A stretch of DNA of 64,000 nt from a virus, in IMG/VR virus record IMGVR_UViG_3300026544_000002, positions 38,492 through 102,491 of that record; one strand, given 5' to 3'. This document shows, piece after piece, positions 10,333 to 22,278 of the stretch. The notes under the pieces are model-generated. The model saw only the letters and a program-made list of their open reading frames with translations. It ran no database searches and was not told where the DNA came from. The stretch's first letter is position 1; each line of letters starts with the position of its first letter. The position numbers were made by a program, and so were the translations under genes.

Positions 10333-10366
10333 AGAGAATTATTAATAAAAATATAAAGGCAAAATT

Positions 10367-11293
10367 ATGATTTTATCCGAAAATGAATTGTTAAAGGAAT
10401 TATTTGCAATTCCAATTAATCCTAAATTGGTTGCGGTATTGGATGGAAAATTAAAATTATATTCATCCAAAGTCCTAATAAGCAAATTCAAACAATCTTT
10501 GTCAAAAAACAAATCAACATCTTCATCATATAAATTTCTAGATAGAATGATTGATAAACAAATGTTGACTCCTGTATATTTAACAAGAGGTTTATTGTCA
10601 TATTCATTTATGAAAGTATGGGGTCATTCAATGGAAGGAATTAATGCCTTTTATGATCCAAATTCAAATAGAATATTTATATTAATTGACAATAATACGA
10701 CATTCGGATTTTCATCTGATGAATGGATTGGGAGATTGTCTATTCATGAATGTATGCATATGGCATGTGCTCATGGCAAAGGAAATTTTTTGAAATTGTT
10801 TTATAATGAATTTGTTCATTTTTATAATGTATTTTTTCATATTCTTGCAGATAAGAATATAAAAACCGATACTTCAAAATTAATTGCTAAAGATATAGAT
10901 GCTTATCTAAAAGTATTTTATAACACAGAAGTACATGGTAAAGATTTACAAACAGCAGTATTCAAAAAAGGATTTCAAATTATTCATTCTATTTTAACAA
11001 AACTTGGTGTAGAAAAAAAATTGATTTCTATCATTCAAGATGGTTATAAAAAATTGATTTCTCTTTTTGTCAATTACCAATACGCTGGTATAATGAAAGC
11101 TATGCAAGATCCATCATGTTATTATATAATGTCTTGTTTACAAAAAACATATCCAGCTATATCTAATAACAAAGCTAAAACTTTAGCAATTCAAGAATTA
11201 ATTTTTCCTTCTGAAATAGCCGCAGTATTTTCTGAAATTCGTGTATCAGCTAATAAGATACCCAAAGCCATGTCAATGATCAAGGTGAAATAA
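10367..11293 (+). CDS. HExxH zincin-like metallopeptidase-domain protein
   Basis: INAFYDP..IFIL..SIHECMH. Confidence 0.5.
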   Translation: MILSENELLKELFAIPINPKLVAVLDGKLKLYSSKVLISKFKQSLSKNKSTSSSYKFLDRMIDKQMLTPVYLTRGLLSYSFMKVWGHSMEGINAFYDPNSNRIFILIDNNTTFGFSSDEWIGRLSIHECMHMACAHGKGNFLKLFYNEFVHFYNVFFHILADKNIKTDTSKLIAKDIDAYLKVFYNTEVHGKDLQTAVFKKGFQIIHSILTKLGVEKKLISIIQDGYKKLISLFVNYQYAGIMKAMQDPSCYYIMSCLQKTYPAISNNKAKTLAIQELIFPSEIAAVFSEIRVSANKIPKAMSMIKVK

Positions 11294-11294
11294 T

Positions 11295-14200
11295 ATGGCA
11301 ATAAACGATGTTAGTGATATTTCGTTTAATAATTTAGCACAAAATGCTAAAAATTATAAATCGAAAATACAAGATAAAAAGAAAAATAATTATTCAATTG
11401 GTGGTATATCTAAAAAAACAGAAAAAAACATCAGTGATTTAGTTATTTCTTCAAATAAAGCTATATTATTAGCAACAAAATTAGCCAATGAAAATAATAA
11501 GAAATTTTCGGCGCAATATACAAATATCCCTGATCGTTTGAAACAAATTAAAAAAGAGAAAGCTAAAATAAAAAGAGAATCGACTGCTAATGATGCAAAA
11601 TCACCAACAATGGCAGTTATGTCTATAGATAGAAATGTAAAGAAAATTTATAATTTATTGAATAGAAAATTTGGATCTGTTTCGGATAGAAAAACAAAAA
11701 ATTCATTAGATGCAAGTGCTGCATATGATGCTAAAAAATTAGGTATAGAAGGAACTGGTAAAACATGGAGTGCTAATTTATTTAGTCTGATATCAACAGC
11801 TATGCGACAAAGCACATTAAGTTCTTTGAAAGTAGACCAAGATACATATTTCCATTCACGATTCGGTGAGGGTGAAAAGAAGAAAGGTTTCATTGGATCA
11901 GCTATTCGTGCATATAAAGTAGCAAGTGATGAAACAACAATGTCTACCCAAGAAAAAATGGTAAAGGCATTGATTGAAATAAATAATTCACTTTCTGGAA
12001 AAGATTCTGTTTTTAGATTGACATATGAACGTCTATTGATGGAACATGCAGCATTTAGGAATATTGTATGGTTTTTGAAAAAAGGTCAAGATACATTAAT
12101 GGCTATCCCTCGTATATATAGATGGGCAACAAAATCAAGAGGAGGATATCAAAGTAAACTCCCAAGAGGAAAAGGAACTGCTGAACATACTGCTGCTGTA
12201 TTGGATATGATATATGTAGATAGTATGTGGCGATTGGATAATATTGTTCATCATCTGAAACAACAATATAATCTATGGAACAAATATATGATGAGTCAAA
12301 CTGGCTCCTCAGCAAATGGTATTAATGATATCGATGATGGTAAATATCAATTTACGAAAGGAATTAAGCAAAGATTTAAAGATTGGAGGAATAAAAGAAA
12401 AAATGCTGCTGAAGTTCCTGAATATCAAAAATATCAAGTAACACAAAAAGATTTATTGGAAAAACAAGTAAAAATTGGATATACACAAATTCAATTATTA
12501 CGGATAATTGGCGCATCTATAATCCATCTAGGTTCTCCTGATGTTGCTGGGAAAAAACGAACAACAAAAGAAAAACGTCATCGTGCTGCATTACAATCTT
12601 CTTTATCAGGGGCAATTGGTAGATTAGATGTCGGCAGAATCGATGCTGATAATAGATTGAATGAAGATGCTTATATTACCAACAAGAAACACCCTCATAG
12701 ATTATTATATTGGAAAGCTAAAACTAAATTAGAAAAAGATAAACAAAGTAAATTCGAAAAAACACAAGCTATTATAGAAAAAAATAAAAAGAAAATAGAA
12801 GACAGAAGAAATAAAAAAATAGCTAAACGGGTGTTTAAATCATATAAGAAAGATCCAAATGGATATGCAAAAGATTTGAATCAACAAGCAGATGAAAATC
12901 TTAGTTTAGCTATACAAGCAGGACCTGCACGATTCGCTATTGCTGCTGGAAAGAAAATTGGAAAAAGTAAAATATACAAATCAACAATTGAAAAAATGAA
13001 AGGATTCAATGAATCTGCTTCTGATAAAATTGATAATTTCAAAAACAAAGCAATAGCTGGAACATATAAATTTCTTTCTCCTGATTCTTCTCCACAAAGA
13101 GTAAGAGAAGCAGCTAGAAAGCAAGCAGTTGGACAAGATAATATTACTGATAGATTGGTATTGAAGATGGATCAATTGATCAGTGAAAATTCAATTGCAA
13201 ATAAATTGAGTCGAAATAGTTATCGATTATCTTTTAAATCTTTTTTAGCAGATGAAAAAGATAGAATGAAAAGAAAATTAAAAGATAGTTGGTTAGGTAA
13301 AATACTAGGTACTGGATTTGGATGGATAAAAGGATGGGGTAAAAGTATAATCAAATCCATATCAATGATATTAGGAGTGATGGGAGTCAAAGGATTAGTA
13401 AAATCTGGCATGGCAGGATTATCTAGAATGCTATTCAAAGATGGATTCAAAGAATTTGCTAAAAGAAATATGAAATCCTTTGGTGCTAAATTGATGACCG
13501 GAAGAGGTATGGCTGGTATGGCTGGCCTCGGTATGATGGGATATGATGCATACGGAGGAGTAAAAAAATCTAAAGAATGGGGTACGTCTAAATTAGCTAG
13601 TGGAATTGCTGGTGCATTGGGTGGTACTGGCGATGGTGGTGTAGGAAGTGCTTTAAAAGGTGCTGCAAAAGGTGCTCTTATTGGTTCGATGATTTTTCCG
13701 GGTATCGGAACAGCTATTGGTGGAATAGCCGGTGGTTTGCTTGGATATTTTGGAGGAAAAAATATAGCGAAATCCCTAGATGGTATAATGGGAGGTTTTA
13801 AAAAAGCATGGGAAGTTATAAAGAAAGCTATTAGTTATCCCATAGAAATGTTTAAATGGATTGGTAAAAAATATATACAATATTTCACCTTCATGAAAGA
13901 AGGATTATCATCTGCTATTAGTGGGGCATATGCATGGCTATATGACAAAGCGCCTTGGTATCTCAAAAAAGTTCTTCCAAAACCAAAAGAAGCACCCAAA
14001 ACGACAGAAGAATCTGTCAAAGGAGCAATTGCCACACATAAAAAAGGTAATTCTATTTCAATGTCTGCTTCATTAGTTGATCCAGCTTTTTTGAGTGTAG
14101 TTGATAAACAACAAAAGAATGATTTATTAGCTAGAACATCTGTTGTTTCTGGATTGCAAACACCTTCTCCTAATAAGCCAACTACAGGTAAAAAACCATA

Positions 14201-16157
14201 TGCTTTTGATAATAAAAATCGTCTATCACCAGAAGAAAAACAAGCAAATGTAGCTAGTCAAAAAATATATGCAGAAGAACATAAAGTAGGACCAACGATA
14301 GCTAGATCTGCGGCAAAAGGATTAGCAGCATTACCAACACCAAAAGAAGTGCAGACTGCTGGTGGTAATTTATGGGAAAAAACAAAGAAATTTGGTAGAC
14401 AATTAGGAAGTGATGCAATTTATATAGCAAATGATCTTGGGAATAGGACACAAGATTGGATCAATAAACATCCAAAATATTTACAACTACAAAAAGATTT
14501 GCAAAAAGAATATGGCGGTTCATGGGATAAAATAAAAACATTTGCAGATATACAAGCTATTAAGGCAGAGGGAAAAGGAAGAGATTGGATATCAAAATTT
14601 AATACATCTGATTTTGCACATTCTCTGAGCATATATGCCACACGAGCAGAATGGAATTGGAAGAAATTTAAACAATCTGATTTATATAAACAAGCATCAA
14701 CATATGGTATAACATCAGAAAAAAGATTTAATGCAGCAATGGCAGCAGTTACCAATTCACCAAAATATATTAAATTACAAGGAGCAATTGCTAATAAGGA
14801 AAATAGATGGAATGAGAATGATATAAGACAAGGTGCCACTGGTGTACAACAACAAATGGTCTCGGGAGCTAAAAAAGTACAACATACCATAACAGATTCA
14901 GTAGCATATACACAAGCAGAAAGTTTGGCAAGATCACAAGAAAATAGAGAGATTTTGGTAGATAGAATTGTGAAAAAAGGAAGAGAATTAGGAGAAACTG
15001 TACAAGAAAATGTTTCTACAGTTCTTCCTAAACAAAATTTAGTTCATAAAAAAGTTAGAACTGATTTGGTTAAAAAACATAAATCAAAAAAGAAAATAAT
15101 ATCACGAAAAAAATTAACATATGGAGATAAATTAAAAAATAAATTCAAAAAAGCTCTTGCTAAATATGAAAAATTAAAATCAGATTATTTAAAAATTCCT
15201 GAAGATTCTCGTAGTTTAATGATTCCTAAAACACGTCAAGCTTATATGGCAATAGAAGAAGCAAAACAAAAATTATTGGATATATCATATAAATATTCTC
15301 GTATGGATCATGATGGAAATCCTAAATATGAAACAAAATCAGCTTTGGGTAAAAAAATATTCGAATTGGGAATAGCTGGTAGACAACAAGATTCGACTAA
15401 AGAAGAACAAATAAATATGAACAATATAAGACCTTCTGAGAGAAAGAAAATATTAAATAAGAAAACATCTATGAAAGATTCATATGGCAATTTTATAGAT
15501 ACAACGCATGGTAAAATAATTGACATTTATAAAAATGCAACCAAATCAATAGATGAAATTTTATCAGGGAAAAAACAATATTCCGATGATTCTGATATGA
15601 CAACAATTAATACCAGTAAAGGTGTATTAGCAACAGAAAGAAGAACATCTACTTTTGGGAAAAAAGATTTAGAACAAGCAAAGAAAACAAATCAAAAAGG
15701 AATCCTTTTAGGAATAAAAGGAATTGATAAACAATTAATCACAGCTAAATCAAAAGGTGATCAATCACAAATTGATAAATTATTAGCAGCTAGGAAAAAA
15801 TTAACAAGCAAATTAGATGCTTCGAATGCAACTTCTGTATCACCCCCTCCTGTTATGACAGGAAAAGATATTGCATCTGCACATATCGAACAAGAAAAAA
15901 TAAAATCAGATAATCAAGACAAAAGTTTAAATAAAGCATTGAGCAATCAAACTACGCAAATTAACAAAAATCAAAAAGAATCAACTGCACATATCGTAGC
16001 AGCTAATACATCGATGGCAAATACAATTATAACAAATAATAATTCATCAGTACAGAATAGTAGCACTGATGGAGGAAGTGGAAATTCAAAACCACAACAA
16101 TCAGATGCTTTTGCTGATGCTGTTATGATAGGTCAATTTGATAATTTTGGACTTTAA
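11295..16157 (+). CDS. tape measure protein
   Basis: 1620 aa, helical and basic, central Gly/Ala-rich hydrophobic segments (GALIGSMIFPGIGTAIGGIAGGLLG), Trp-spaced repeats, tail context. Confidence 0.75.
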   Translation: MAINDVSDISFNNLAQNAKNYKSKIQDKKKNNYSIGGISKKTEKNISDLVISSNKAILLATKLANENNKKFSAQYTNIPDRLKQIKKEKAKIKRESTANDAKSPTMAVMSIDRNVKKIYNLLNRKFGSVSDRKTKNSLDASAAYDAKKLGIEGTGKTWSANLFSLISTAMRQSTLSSLKVDQDTYFHSRFGEGEKKKGFIGSAIRAYKVASDETTMSTQEKMVKALIEINNSLSGKDSVFRLTYERLLMEHAAFRNIVWFLKKGQDTLMAIPRIYRWATKSRGGYQSKLPRGKGTAEHTAAVLDMIYVDSMWRLDNIVHHLKQQYNLWNKYMMSQTGSSANGINDIDDGKYQFTKGIKQRFKDWRNKRKNAAEVPEYQKYQVTQKDLLEKQVKIGYTQIQLLRIIGASIIHLGSPDVAGKKRTTKEKRHRAALQSSLSGAIGRLDVGRIDADNRLNEDAYITNKKHPHRLLYWKAKTKLEKDKQSKFEKTQAIIEKNKKKIEDRRNKKIAKRVFKSYKKDPNGYAKDLNQQADENLSLAIQAGPARFAIAAGKKIGKSKIYKSTIEKMKGFNESASDKIDNFKNKAIAGTYKFLSPDSSPQRVREAARKQAVGQDNITDRLVLKMDQLISENSIANKLSRNSYRLSFKSFLADEKDRMKRKLKDSWLGKILGTGFGWIKGWGKSIIKSISMILGVMGVKGLVKSGMAGLSRMLFKDGFKEFAKRNMKSFGAKLMTGRGMAGMAGLGMMGYDAYGGVKKSKEWGTSKLASGIAGALGGTGDGGVGSALKGAAKGALIGSMIFPGIGTAIGGIAGGLLGYFGGKNIAKSLDGIMGGFKKAWEVIKKAISYPIEMFKWIGKKYIQYFTFMKEGLSSAISGAYAWLYDKAPWYLKKVLPKPKEAPKTTEESVKGAIATHKKGNSISMSASLVDPAFLSVVDKQQKNDLLARTSVVSGLQTPSPNKPTTGKKPYAFDNKNRLSPEEKQANVASQKIYAEEHKVGPTIARSAAKGLAALPTPKEVQTAGGNLWEKTKKFGRQLGSDAIYIANDLGNRTQDWINKHPKYLQLQKDLQKEYGGSWDKIKTFADIQAIKAEGKGRDWISKFNTSDFAHSLSIYATRAEWNWKKFKQSDLYKQASTYGITSEKRFNAAMAAVTNSPKYIKLQGAIANKENRWNENDIRQGATGVQQQMVSGAKKVQHTITDSVAYTQAESLARSQENREILVDRIVKKGRELGETVQENVSTVLPKQNLVHKKVRTDLVKKHKSKKKIISRKKLTYGDKLKNKFKKALAKYEKLKSDYLKIPEDSRSLMIPKTRQAYMAIEEAKQKLLDISYKYSRMDHDGNPKYETKSALGKKIFELGIAGRQQDSTKEEQINMNNIRPSERKKILNKKTSMKDSYGNFIDTTHGKIIDIYKNATKSIDEILSGKKQYSDDSDMTTINTSKGVLATERRTSTFGKKDLEQAKKTNQKGILLGIKGIDKQLITAKSKGDQSQIDKLLAARKKLTSKLDASNATSVSPPPVMTGKDIASAHIEQEKIKSDNQDKSLNKALSNQTTQINKNQKESTAHIVAANTSMANTIITNNNSSVQNSSTDGGSGNSKPQQSDAFADAVMIGQFDNFGL

Positions 16158-16182
16158 TAAAATATATAGAGGAAAAATTTAA

Positions 16183-18591
16183 ATGGCTACATTACCACCT
16201 ATTATTGGTTTACCACCTTTGTTCGATGATAACATTGGAAATATCAATGAAAAAATGATAGATTCAATGCCAATAGCTACAATAACTCCTTCATACCCAC
16301 AATTCAAAGCTGGTATGTCTACAATGATAATTAGTAAAACAAAAGGAATGGGTAAATATAAAGAAATTTTAAGGAAACATGGATATTCTTTATCTAATCC
16401 AAAAAATGGATTAAAAGTAGCTTTTCTTGCTGATAGTTTTCCAACAGATTCTTTTTCTAATTCATACACAGAAGGATTCTTACAAGATTTTTCAAATGGA
16501 TTATCTAAAAAAGCATCTACATTAATTCAAACATTTGGTGGTGATACTGGATTAGATGCTTTTGCACAGATAACAAAAGCAATGTCAAAAGAATCTGCTG
16601 ATTTAGGAAGTTTTGGAAAATTAGCTAGTGGAGTATTAGGGCAAGCATCTTCTTTTGCAGGAGGATTGGATAAAAAAATAAAAAATAGACAAATGTCTGA
16701 TAATAATACTGTTAATAGTATTGCTGGAAATTTAAATGCTATAGCAGCTGGTGCAAGAGTTGATTTTCCGCAAATATGGTCAGATAGTCAATTCACTCCT
16801 TCTTATACAATGACTGTTCGTTTATATAATCCTGATCCAAGTAATTTAGAATCTACAAGAAAATTTATAATAGGTCCTGTTGCTGCTTTGATGTTATTAG
16901 GAATCCCGATTTCGGCAGATGGGAATAGTTCCACATATAATTATCCATTTTTACATGATATCAATGCACCTGGTATTTATCATTTAAATCCATGTTATAT
17001 AAGTAATATTGCAATAATCAAAGGTGGGGATCAACAACAAATTGCATATAATCAAGCAATGGGAATTGTTGATGTTCGATTAGATTTTGGTTCATTATAT
17101 TCTTCTATTTTAGCTTCTAACGATGATGAAATAAAAGACAGACCTACATTAGCATCATATTTAAAATCTTTTGAAGAAGGTAAAATTTTAAAATATAAAA
17201 ATCCAAAATCATCTAGTGGTAAATCAGAAGAAGAAGAAGAAGAATCAGAAGATTCTGGATATGATATTCCTGATCCAACTGGAAAAGATGGTGAGCCTAG
17301 AGATCCTGATCCATATTTAACAAAGAAAATGTTTTCTGATGCTGTTAAAAAAGCTGGAAGTTTGTCACAAGCAATTAAAAATGGATTAGCTATACCAGAA
17401 AGTATGGCAAAAGAATTGTTTAAAGATGGTTTGATCAAACTACAAGATTTGTTAGCAAGTTTCCCTGATATTAGCTTAGAAGGTTTAGAAAAATATATAA
17501 AATCATTACCGCCTGATTTTATAACTAATTTAACAGACGAACAATTAAAATATATATCTGGTAATATGTTGCAAAATATTATTGATAGTTCATCTTATTT
17601 AAATCTCCCACAAGTTGATGTTTTCGGTATGAATCAAAATATACTTAACAATATTTCATCTATAGCAGATATAAATAATTTATCTGTTGATAATATAATA
17701 AAAAATCAACAATCATTTTTTTCATCATTAACAAGTTCAATTGCAAATGGTGCAAAATTTACATTTAATGGTGTGAAGAATTTATTTTCCAGTGCGGGTT
17801 CTATAGCAAGTAAATTAGGAATGGGAACAAATGATGTTTTACGAATGGGAGATAGTTTATTTGCTAATTTATCACATAATATCGGAGGGGTATTAACTAA
17901 TAATCAATTAATAAGATCAGCAGGTAGTATGCTAGGTTCTATTGGAAATAGAATGACTCCTACCGAAGGATTTTCTTTATTGAAAAATTTACAGTCCACT
18001 ATAGGAGATTTTAGTTTAACATCTGGTATAGATTTAGTTAATAAAGTAAAAGCTGTTGCAGAAGGAGATATTTTTGCTAGTTTGGATTTGGTAGAAAATG
18101 TTAAAAAATTAGCAAAAGGTATGGGAATAGAAGATAATGCTATGTTATCTTCATCTATTGGGATTTTTGATGGATTACAAAATACTGTCAATGAAACAGG
18201 GATTCTTGATAATCTTGTTGTAGCGGGAGGAATTGAACTATTTAAAAATAATTATCAATATTATGATAGTTATGATTTATCTCTTAGATCATCTTCTAGT
18301 TTATTACAATCTATGGCACACATTGCAGATGATTTGAATTTAGATGGTAGTGATGTAATAACAACTGGATTTAGTACATTTAATAATTTATCTGAAATTC
18401 AAAATACATTACAATGGACAGATTCTAATATATTAGAAACAAGTTCTAATATATTAGAATCTGTTTCTAATATATCACATGATTTAGGAATATCAGAAGA
18501 AGAGACGGTTAGATCAGGAAAAAATACATTGGATAATATGAGTAAAATAACCAATGATGTTGAGACGATGATGTATATAATCAAAAGTTAA
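16183..18591 (+). CDS. tail tube initiator / baseplate-like protein with long C-terminal extension
   Basis: Follows tape measure; FPQIWSDS..YTMTVRLYNP..CYISNIAI..VDVRLDF tube-like fold pattern. Confidence 0.5.
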   Translation: MATLPPIIGLPPLFDDNIGNINEKMIDSMPIATITPSYPQFKAGMSTMIISKTKGMGKYKEILRKHGYSLSNPKNGLKVAFLADSFPTDSFSNSYTEGFLQDFSNGLSKKASTLIQTFGGDTGLDAFAQITKAMSKESADLGSFGKLASGVLGQASSFAGGLDKKIKNRQMSDNNTVNSIAGNLNAIAAGARVDFPQIWSDSQFTPSYTMTVRLYNPDPSNLESTRKFIIGPVAALMLLGIPISADGNSSTYNYPFLHDINAPGIYHLNPCYISNIAIIKGGDQQQIAYNQAMGIVDVRLDFGSLYSSILASNDDEIKDRPTLASYLKSFEEGKILKYKNPKSSSGKSEEEEEESEDSGYDIPDPTGKDGEPRDPDPYLTKKMFSDAVKKAGSLSQAIKNGLAIPESMAKELFKDGLIKLQDLLASFPDISLEGLEKYIKSLPPDFITNLTDEQLKYISGNMLQNIIDSSSYLNLPQVDVFGMNQNILNNISSIADINNLSVDNIIKNQQSFFSSLTSSIANGAKFTFNGVKNLFSSAGSIASKLGMGTNDVLRMGDSLFANLSHNIGGVLTNNQLIRSAGSMLGSIGNRMTPTEGFSLLKNLQSTIGDFSLTSGIDLVNKVKAVAEGDIFASLDLVENVKKLAKGMGIEDNAMLSSSIGIFDGLQNTVNETGILDNLVVAGGIELFKNNYQYYDSYDLSLRSSSSLLQSMAHIADDLNLDGSDVITTGFSTFNNLSEIQNTLQWTDSNILETSSNILESVSNISHDLGISEEETVRSGKNTLDNMSKITNDVETMMYIIKS

Positions 18592-19712
18592 TTTTTACAT
18601 ACAAAATTTTTTAAAGACCAACATAAATAAAATATTATAAAATTTAAATAAGCATATTTACTTTGTTGAGTTAATTTTTTATAATTTTTTTCTATATTTG
18701 CTTTTTTGATTGAATGTTCTAATAATTCTAAATTAGCTTCTTTGAAAAATTTTGTTTTTGAATTTTTCCCTCTAATTATAGATTTTAATTCAGATACAAA
18801 TTTATGCGAACATAATGAATTTATATTTTTTAAATTTGCAATATATGATCGATAAATAGTTAATAATATATCAGAATTGTAAACAGCACTTATTTCTTTT
18901 ACAATTTTTTCTGCATATACTTTGTTAACGGAATTTAATCTAGCAGCACTTTCCATAGCTTTTATATCAACAAATCTATGAATGGTAATTTTCTCAACTA
19001 AATCAACTATTTTTTGTGGAGTTCTAACTTGTCCTCCTACTTCTGATGTTTCCCCATGCTCATTCGTTATTTCTTCTCTAGTTTGTCCTATTTTATTTCC
19101 TTTTTCAGAATTATTATAATATGAAACAGTGAAACTTTTTAAACTTTGTGCGTGTCTATGTCTACATTCTCGTACAAATTTTGAAACCATCATAGGATTA
19201 TTTAATTTTTCGAATTCTCTTTCCCACCTATGAACCATTTGATTACTGAAATGATATATTGCATTTGCAATGGTTTTCTCTCTTGAGTAAATATGACTTT
19301 TACTCATATTTTCCATTGTATATTTAAAAACGTCTGGTTGACAGAATTTAAAATTTCGATGGAATAAATTAGAATACTGTCTAATATTATAGAATATCAT
19401 TGTAGCACGAAATCCAATTTTATCTTTATTTATAGCAAAATAATGAAGAATCAAAATTAATAAATTTGTTGTTGTATCATTTTCCAATAACCATTTCTCT
19501 GCTGCTGTACCCTTGTAAAAACTCTTTATTTCTTGTTGTAATTCTTTTTTGGATACATTCACCATATCATACAATGAATCTTCATATTTACGCAATTTAG
19601 GCGTATAACAAGGTTCTGATAAATTTAATAATTCTTGACTAGTAATTACATGAAAAAATTTACGTAATTTTATCTTGTGTATATGCCATTCATCTGTGAT
19701 AATATTTCGCAT
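18588..19712 (-). CDS. hypothetical protein
   Basis: 374-aa ORF at the end of the minus-strand virion operon. Confidence 0.7.
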   Translation of the reverse strand: MRNIITDEWHIHKIKLRKFFHVITSQELLNLSEPCYTPKLRKYEDSLYDMVNVSKKELQQEIKSFYKGTAAEKWLLENDTTTNLLILILHYFAINKDKIGFRATMIFYNIRQYSNLFHRNFKFCQPDVFKYTMENMSKSHIYSREKTIANAIYHFSNQMVHRWEREFEKLNNPMMVSKFVRECRHRHAQSLKSFTVSYYNNSEKGNKIGQTREEITNEHGETSEVGGQVRTPQKIVDLVEKITIHRFVDIKAMESAARLNSVNKVYAEKIVKEISAVYNSDILLTIYRSYIANLKNINSLCSHKFVSELKSIIRGKNSKTKFFKEANLELLEHSIKKANIEKNYKKLTQQSKYAYLNFIIFYLCWSLKNFVCKN

Positions 19713-19718
19713 AATTTA

Positions 19719-22265
19719 TTATTGTACCAATCTAATTGTTATATTTGTTGAATTGAAATATAATAATTCTGGTGTATAATGTAATAATTGATCAGTAGTT
19801 AATTCTTCTAATCTATAATTATAGAATATATTCGTAACAGGTTTTATTAGACGGCAATGATCAACTCCTTGTGTGTTTTGGATAGTTGCTACTATTTCAC
19901 TTCTATTCAAATATGATTGACATACCATTCTTGATTTATAATCATTTAATATATTTTCTTTTATTTCATCAATAAAAGCTTGTTTATCAATAGAATAATT
20001 ATCTTGCATTCTAACATCTGCTTCTATTAATAATGGTATTTCAAAAATAGGTTCGATCCAATCATGACCTGTATATATATATTTCTTTTCAGTATTTTTT
20101 GCATAAATAATATCATCCATTTCTGGTTTTACATATGACCATTCTGTTGAAGATGTGCTATCAGCTCCTTTTGTACAAATAGCAATATAGCCAATTGGTA
20201 CATCTTTCCAATCAATTATATCATCATTAACAATAAATCTTTCGTTTGTTTCTGGTTCGTGTTCGAATTGAGAAATATTGATATAATCAATTGGTAATCT
20301 TGTTTCTCTATTTAATAACATATTTTTTAAATATTGAGAAGTATTTGCAAATTTAATATTTGTAAAATCTGTTATCATTCTAGTCTTCTTAAAATCAACA
20401 TTATCAATAATTCTTTGGAAAACATGATATTCAAACTCTTCTTTATTTTCAACAGCATCATAATATTTTTTATTTACAACAGGAATATCATAAACAGAAA
20501 CAGTACCATCGTTATTTACAATAGTATTTGATAACATCATCTGATCTAAATTTTTACGGAAAGTAAAATTAACAGAATAAGTATTTAATTGACCAAGATT
20601 GCTATGTGAAAAAATAAAAGTATATGTTTCATTACTTTCTGGTAATCTCTCATATGGTTCGATATATACTTCAAAAAAACCTTCGCTCGTATCACCATTA
20701 TTAGATTGAACAATATTCATAGCAGATGTATTTAATGTCATTGGAACATTTATCATTGTGTTTGAAACTGTCATTGTACATGATATTTCATTATAATCAA
20801 TTTCCATCGTTTGAAAAAATATACGTAATCTGATTCTATTGTCATATGTTTGTACATATAAATAATTACCAAAAAAGACATAATCTTCGATAGGGATATT
20901 TGTCGATTCTAGAACCAAATTATATTTGACACTATTAGTTATATATTTATAACGAGTTACTTCTAAATCAGGATCAACTAATAAATCAAAAGGTGACACA
21001 AATTCTTCATTATTAAATTCAAATATTGTATATTTATCAATTACAATACTATTCGTGGTGTCTAGTTCAATATAAATATTTTCTGTTGGTACGATAGTGT
21101 TATTGTATTTCAATAATGTAAATAATTGAATTTCATTTGTCCGTATATCACTTCGTTTTAATACTGGATAAGTATTTAATGCTAATGGAGAATTTGGCAT
21201 TAACGAACCAACATTCATATAATCATTTTCAGAGACAAATCTGTGTAATGCAGTTAGATTATCAATTGCTAAATATTTGATTTCTTCGAGAGTTGGTTCG
21301 TTAATTCCTCCCACACCAGGTGTACCATTCAAAGCTGAATAATTAACAGTGAAATGTTCTCCTGTATCAGTTGCAACAGCATTTATTCTTGGTGTATTTG
21401 TTATAACTCCTTTTATGACATTACCATCAAATCCAGATGTTGTGTAAGCAGTTACATATATTCTCGCTCCTACTGGAGGTTGTACTCCGATCAAGCCATT
21501 CCCGAAAGACAACTTATATCCATTGTCTGTTTTTCTTGCAACAAAACCATGATCAGTTGAAGACATTAAATAAATAGATTTAAATTGTTCATATATTTGT
21601 TCTATCGTGCTTCCATCTTCTACTATTATTACTTTTATTTTTGCTAATTGTCCAGATGTTTTGATGGCATAATCAGTAAATCTATATTCAGTTGAATTAG
21701 CACCAACAGAAAATTCAAATTTTTCTATTTCCATTTGATCTAATGATACCATTATATTGAATACGTGTTCTTCTGGAATGATAGTAACAGGAACTATTTC
21801 TGATTTTCCATCTTTGAATTTATAACATTGTACCATTGAATTTGCTGTCACGGTTGTTCTTATCGAATAATTTAAAATAAATTTTGTTTCTAATGCTCTG
21901 AATTCAGTACCTTCTGGTATTTCAAAAATAATCTCATTGAATTCGAATCTAAATGGGAATGTTAAAATAACTTCTACGGAAGAACTTTTTGCATTTTCTG
22001 GTTTATATCCAATACTAGCAGCACCATCTATTACAGAATTATCTAATTGTGCTTTTGTTAAAAAGAATTCACGGTAAACTGATATCTGATAAAAAAGAAT
22101 ATTAGCAGTTAATGTGGATAATATACCAATTATATAAGATAGAAAAGAAGATTTAGTTAAATCTACATCTGTTAATTCAAGATAATTTTTTATTTCTTTA
22201 ATTATCTGACTTTGTATCGCATCCCGTGAGAGAAATATTTCTTTAGACAAAGATGAAATTTTCAT
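19719..22265 (-). CDS. baseplate wedge protein (T4 gp6 / P2 gpJ-like)
   Basis: REFFLTKAQ..SV..AASIGYKP, LSFGNGLIG..P, TTSG..GN, RFVSENDY, GVDH. Confidence 0.85.
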   Translation of the reverse strand: MKISSLSKEIFLSRDAIQSQIIKEIKNYLELTDVDLTKSSFLSYIIGILSTLTANILFYQISVYREFFLTKAQLDNSVIDGAASIGYKPENAKSSSVEVILTFPFRFEFNEIIFEIPEGTEFRALETKFILNYSIRTTVTANSMVQCYKFKDGKSEIVPVTIIPEEHVFNIMVSLDQMEIEKFEFSVGANSTEYRFTDYAIKTSGQLAKIKVIIVEDGSTIEQIYEQFKSIYLMSSTDHGFVARKTDNGYKLSFGNGLIGVQPPVGARIYVTAYTTSGFDGNVIKGVITNTPRINAVATDTGEHFTVNYSALNGTPGVGGINEPTLEEIKYLAIDNLTALHRFVSENDYMNVGSLMPNSPLALNTYPVLKRSDIRTNEIQLFTLLKYNNTIVPTENIYIELDTTNSIVIDKYTIFEFNNEEFVSPFDLLVDPDLEVTRYKYITNSVKYNLVLESTNIPIEDYVFFGNYLYVQTYDNRIRLRIFFQTMEIDYNEISCTMTVSNTMINVPMTLNTSAMNIVQSNNGDTSEGFFEVYIEPYERLPESNETYTFIFSHSNLGQLNTYSVNFTFRKNLDQMMLSNTIVNNDGTVSVYDIPVVNKKYYDAVENKEEFEYHVFQRIIDNVDFKKTRMITDFTNIKFANTSQYLKNMLLNRETRLPIDYINISQFEHEPETNERFIVNDDIIDWKDVPIGYIAICTKGADSTSSTEWSYVKPEMDDIIYAKNTEKKYIYTGHDWIEPIFEIPLLIEADVRMQDNYSIDKQAFIDEIKENILNDYKSRMVCQSYLNRSEIVATIQNTQGVDHCRLIKPVTNIFYNYRLEELTTDQLLHYTPELLYFNSTNITIRLVQ

Positions 22266-22278
22266 ATATTACAAATCC

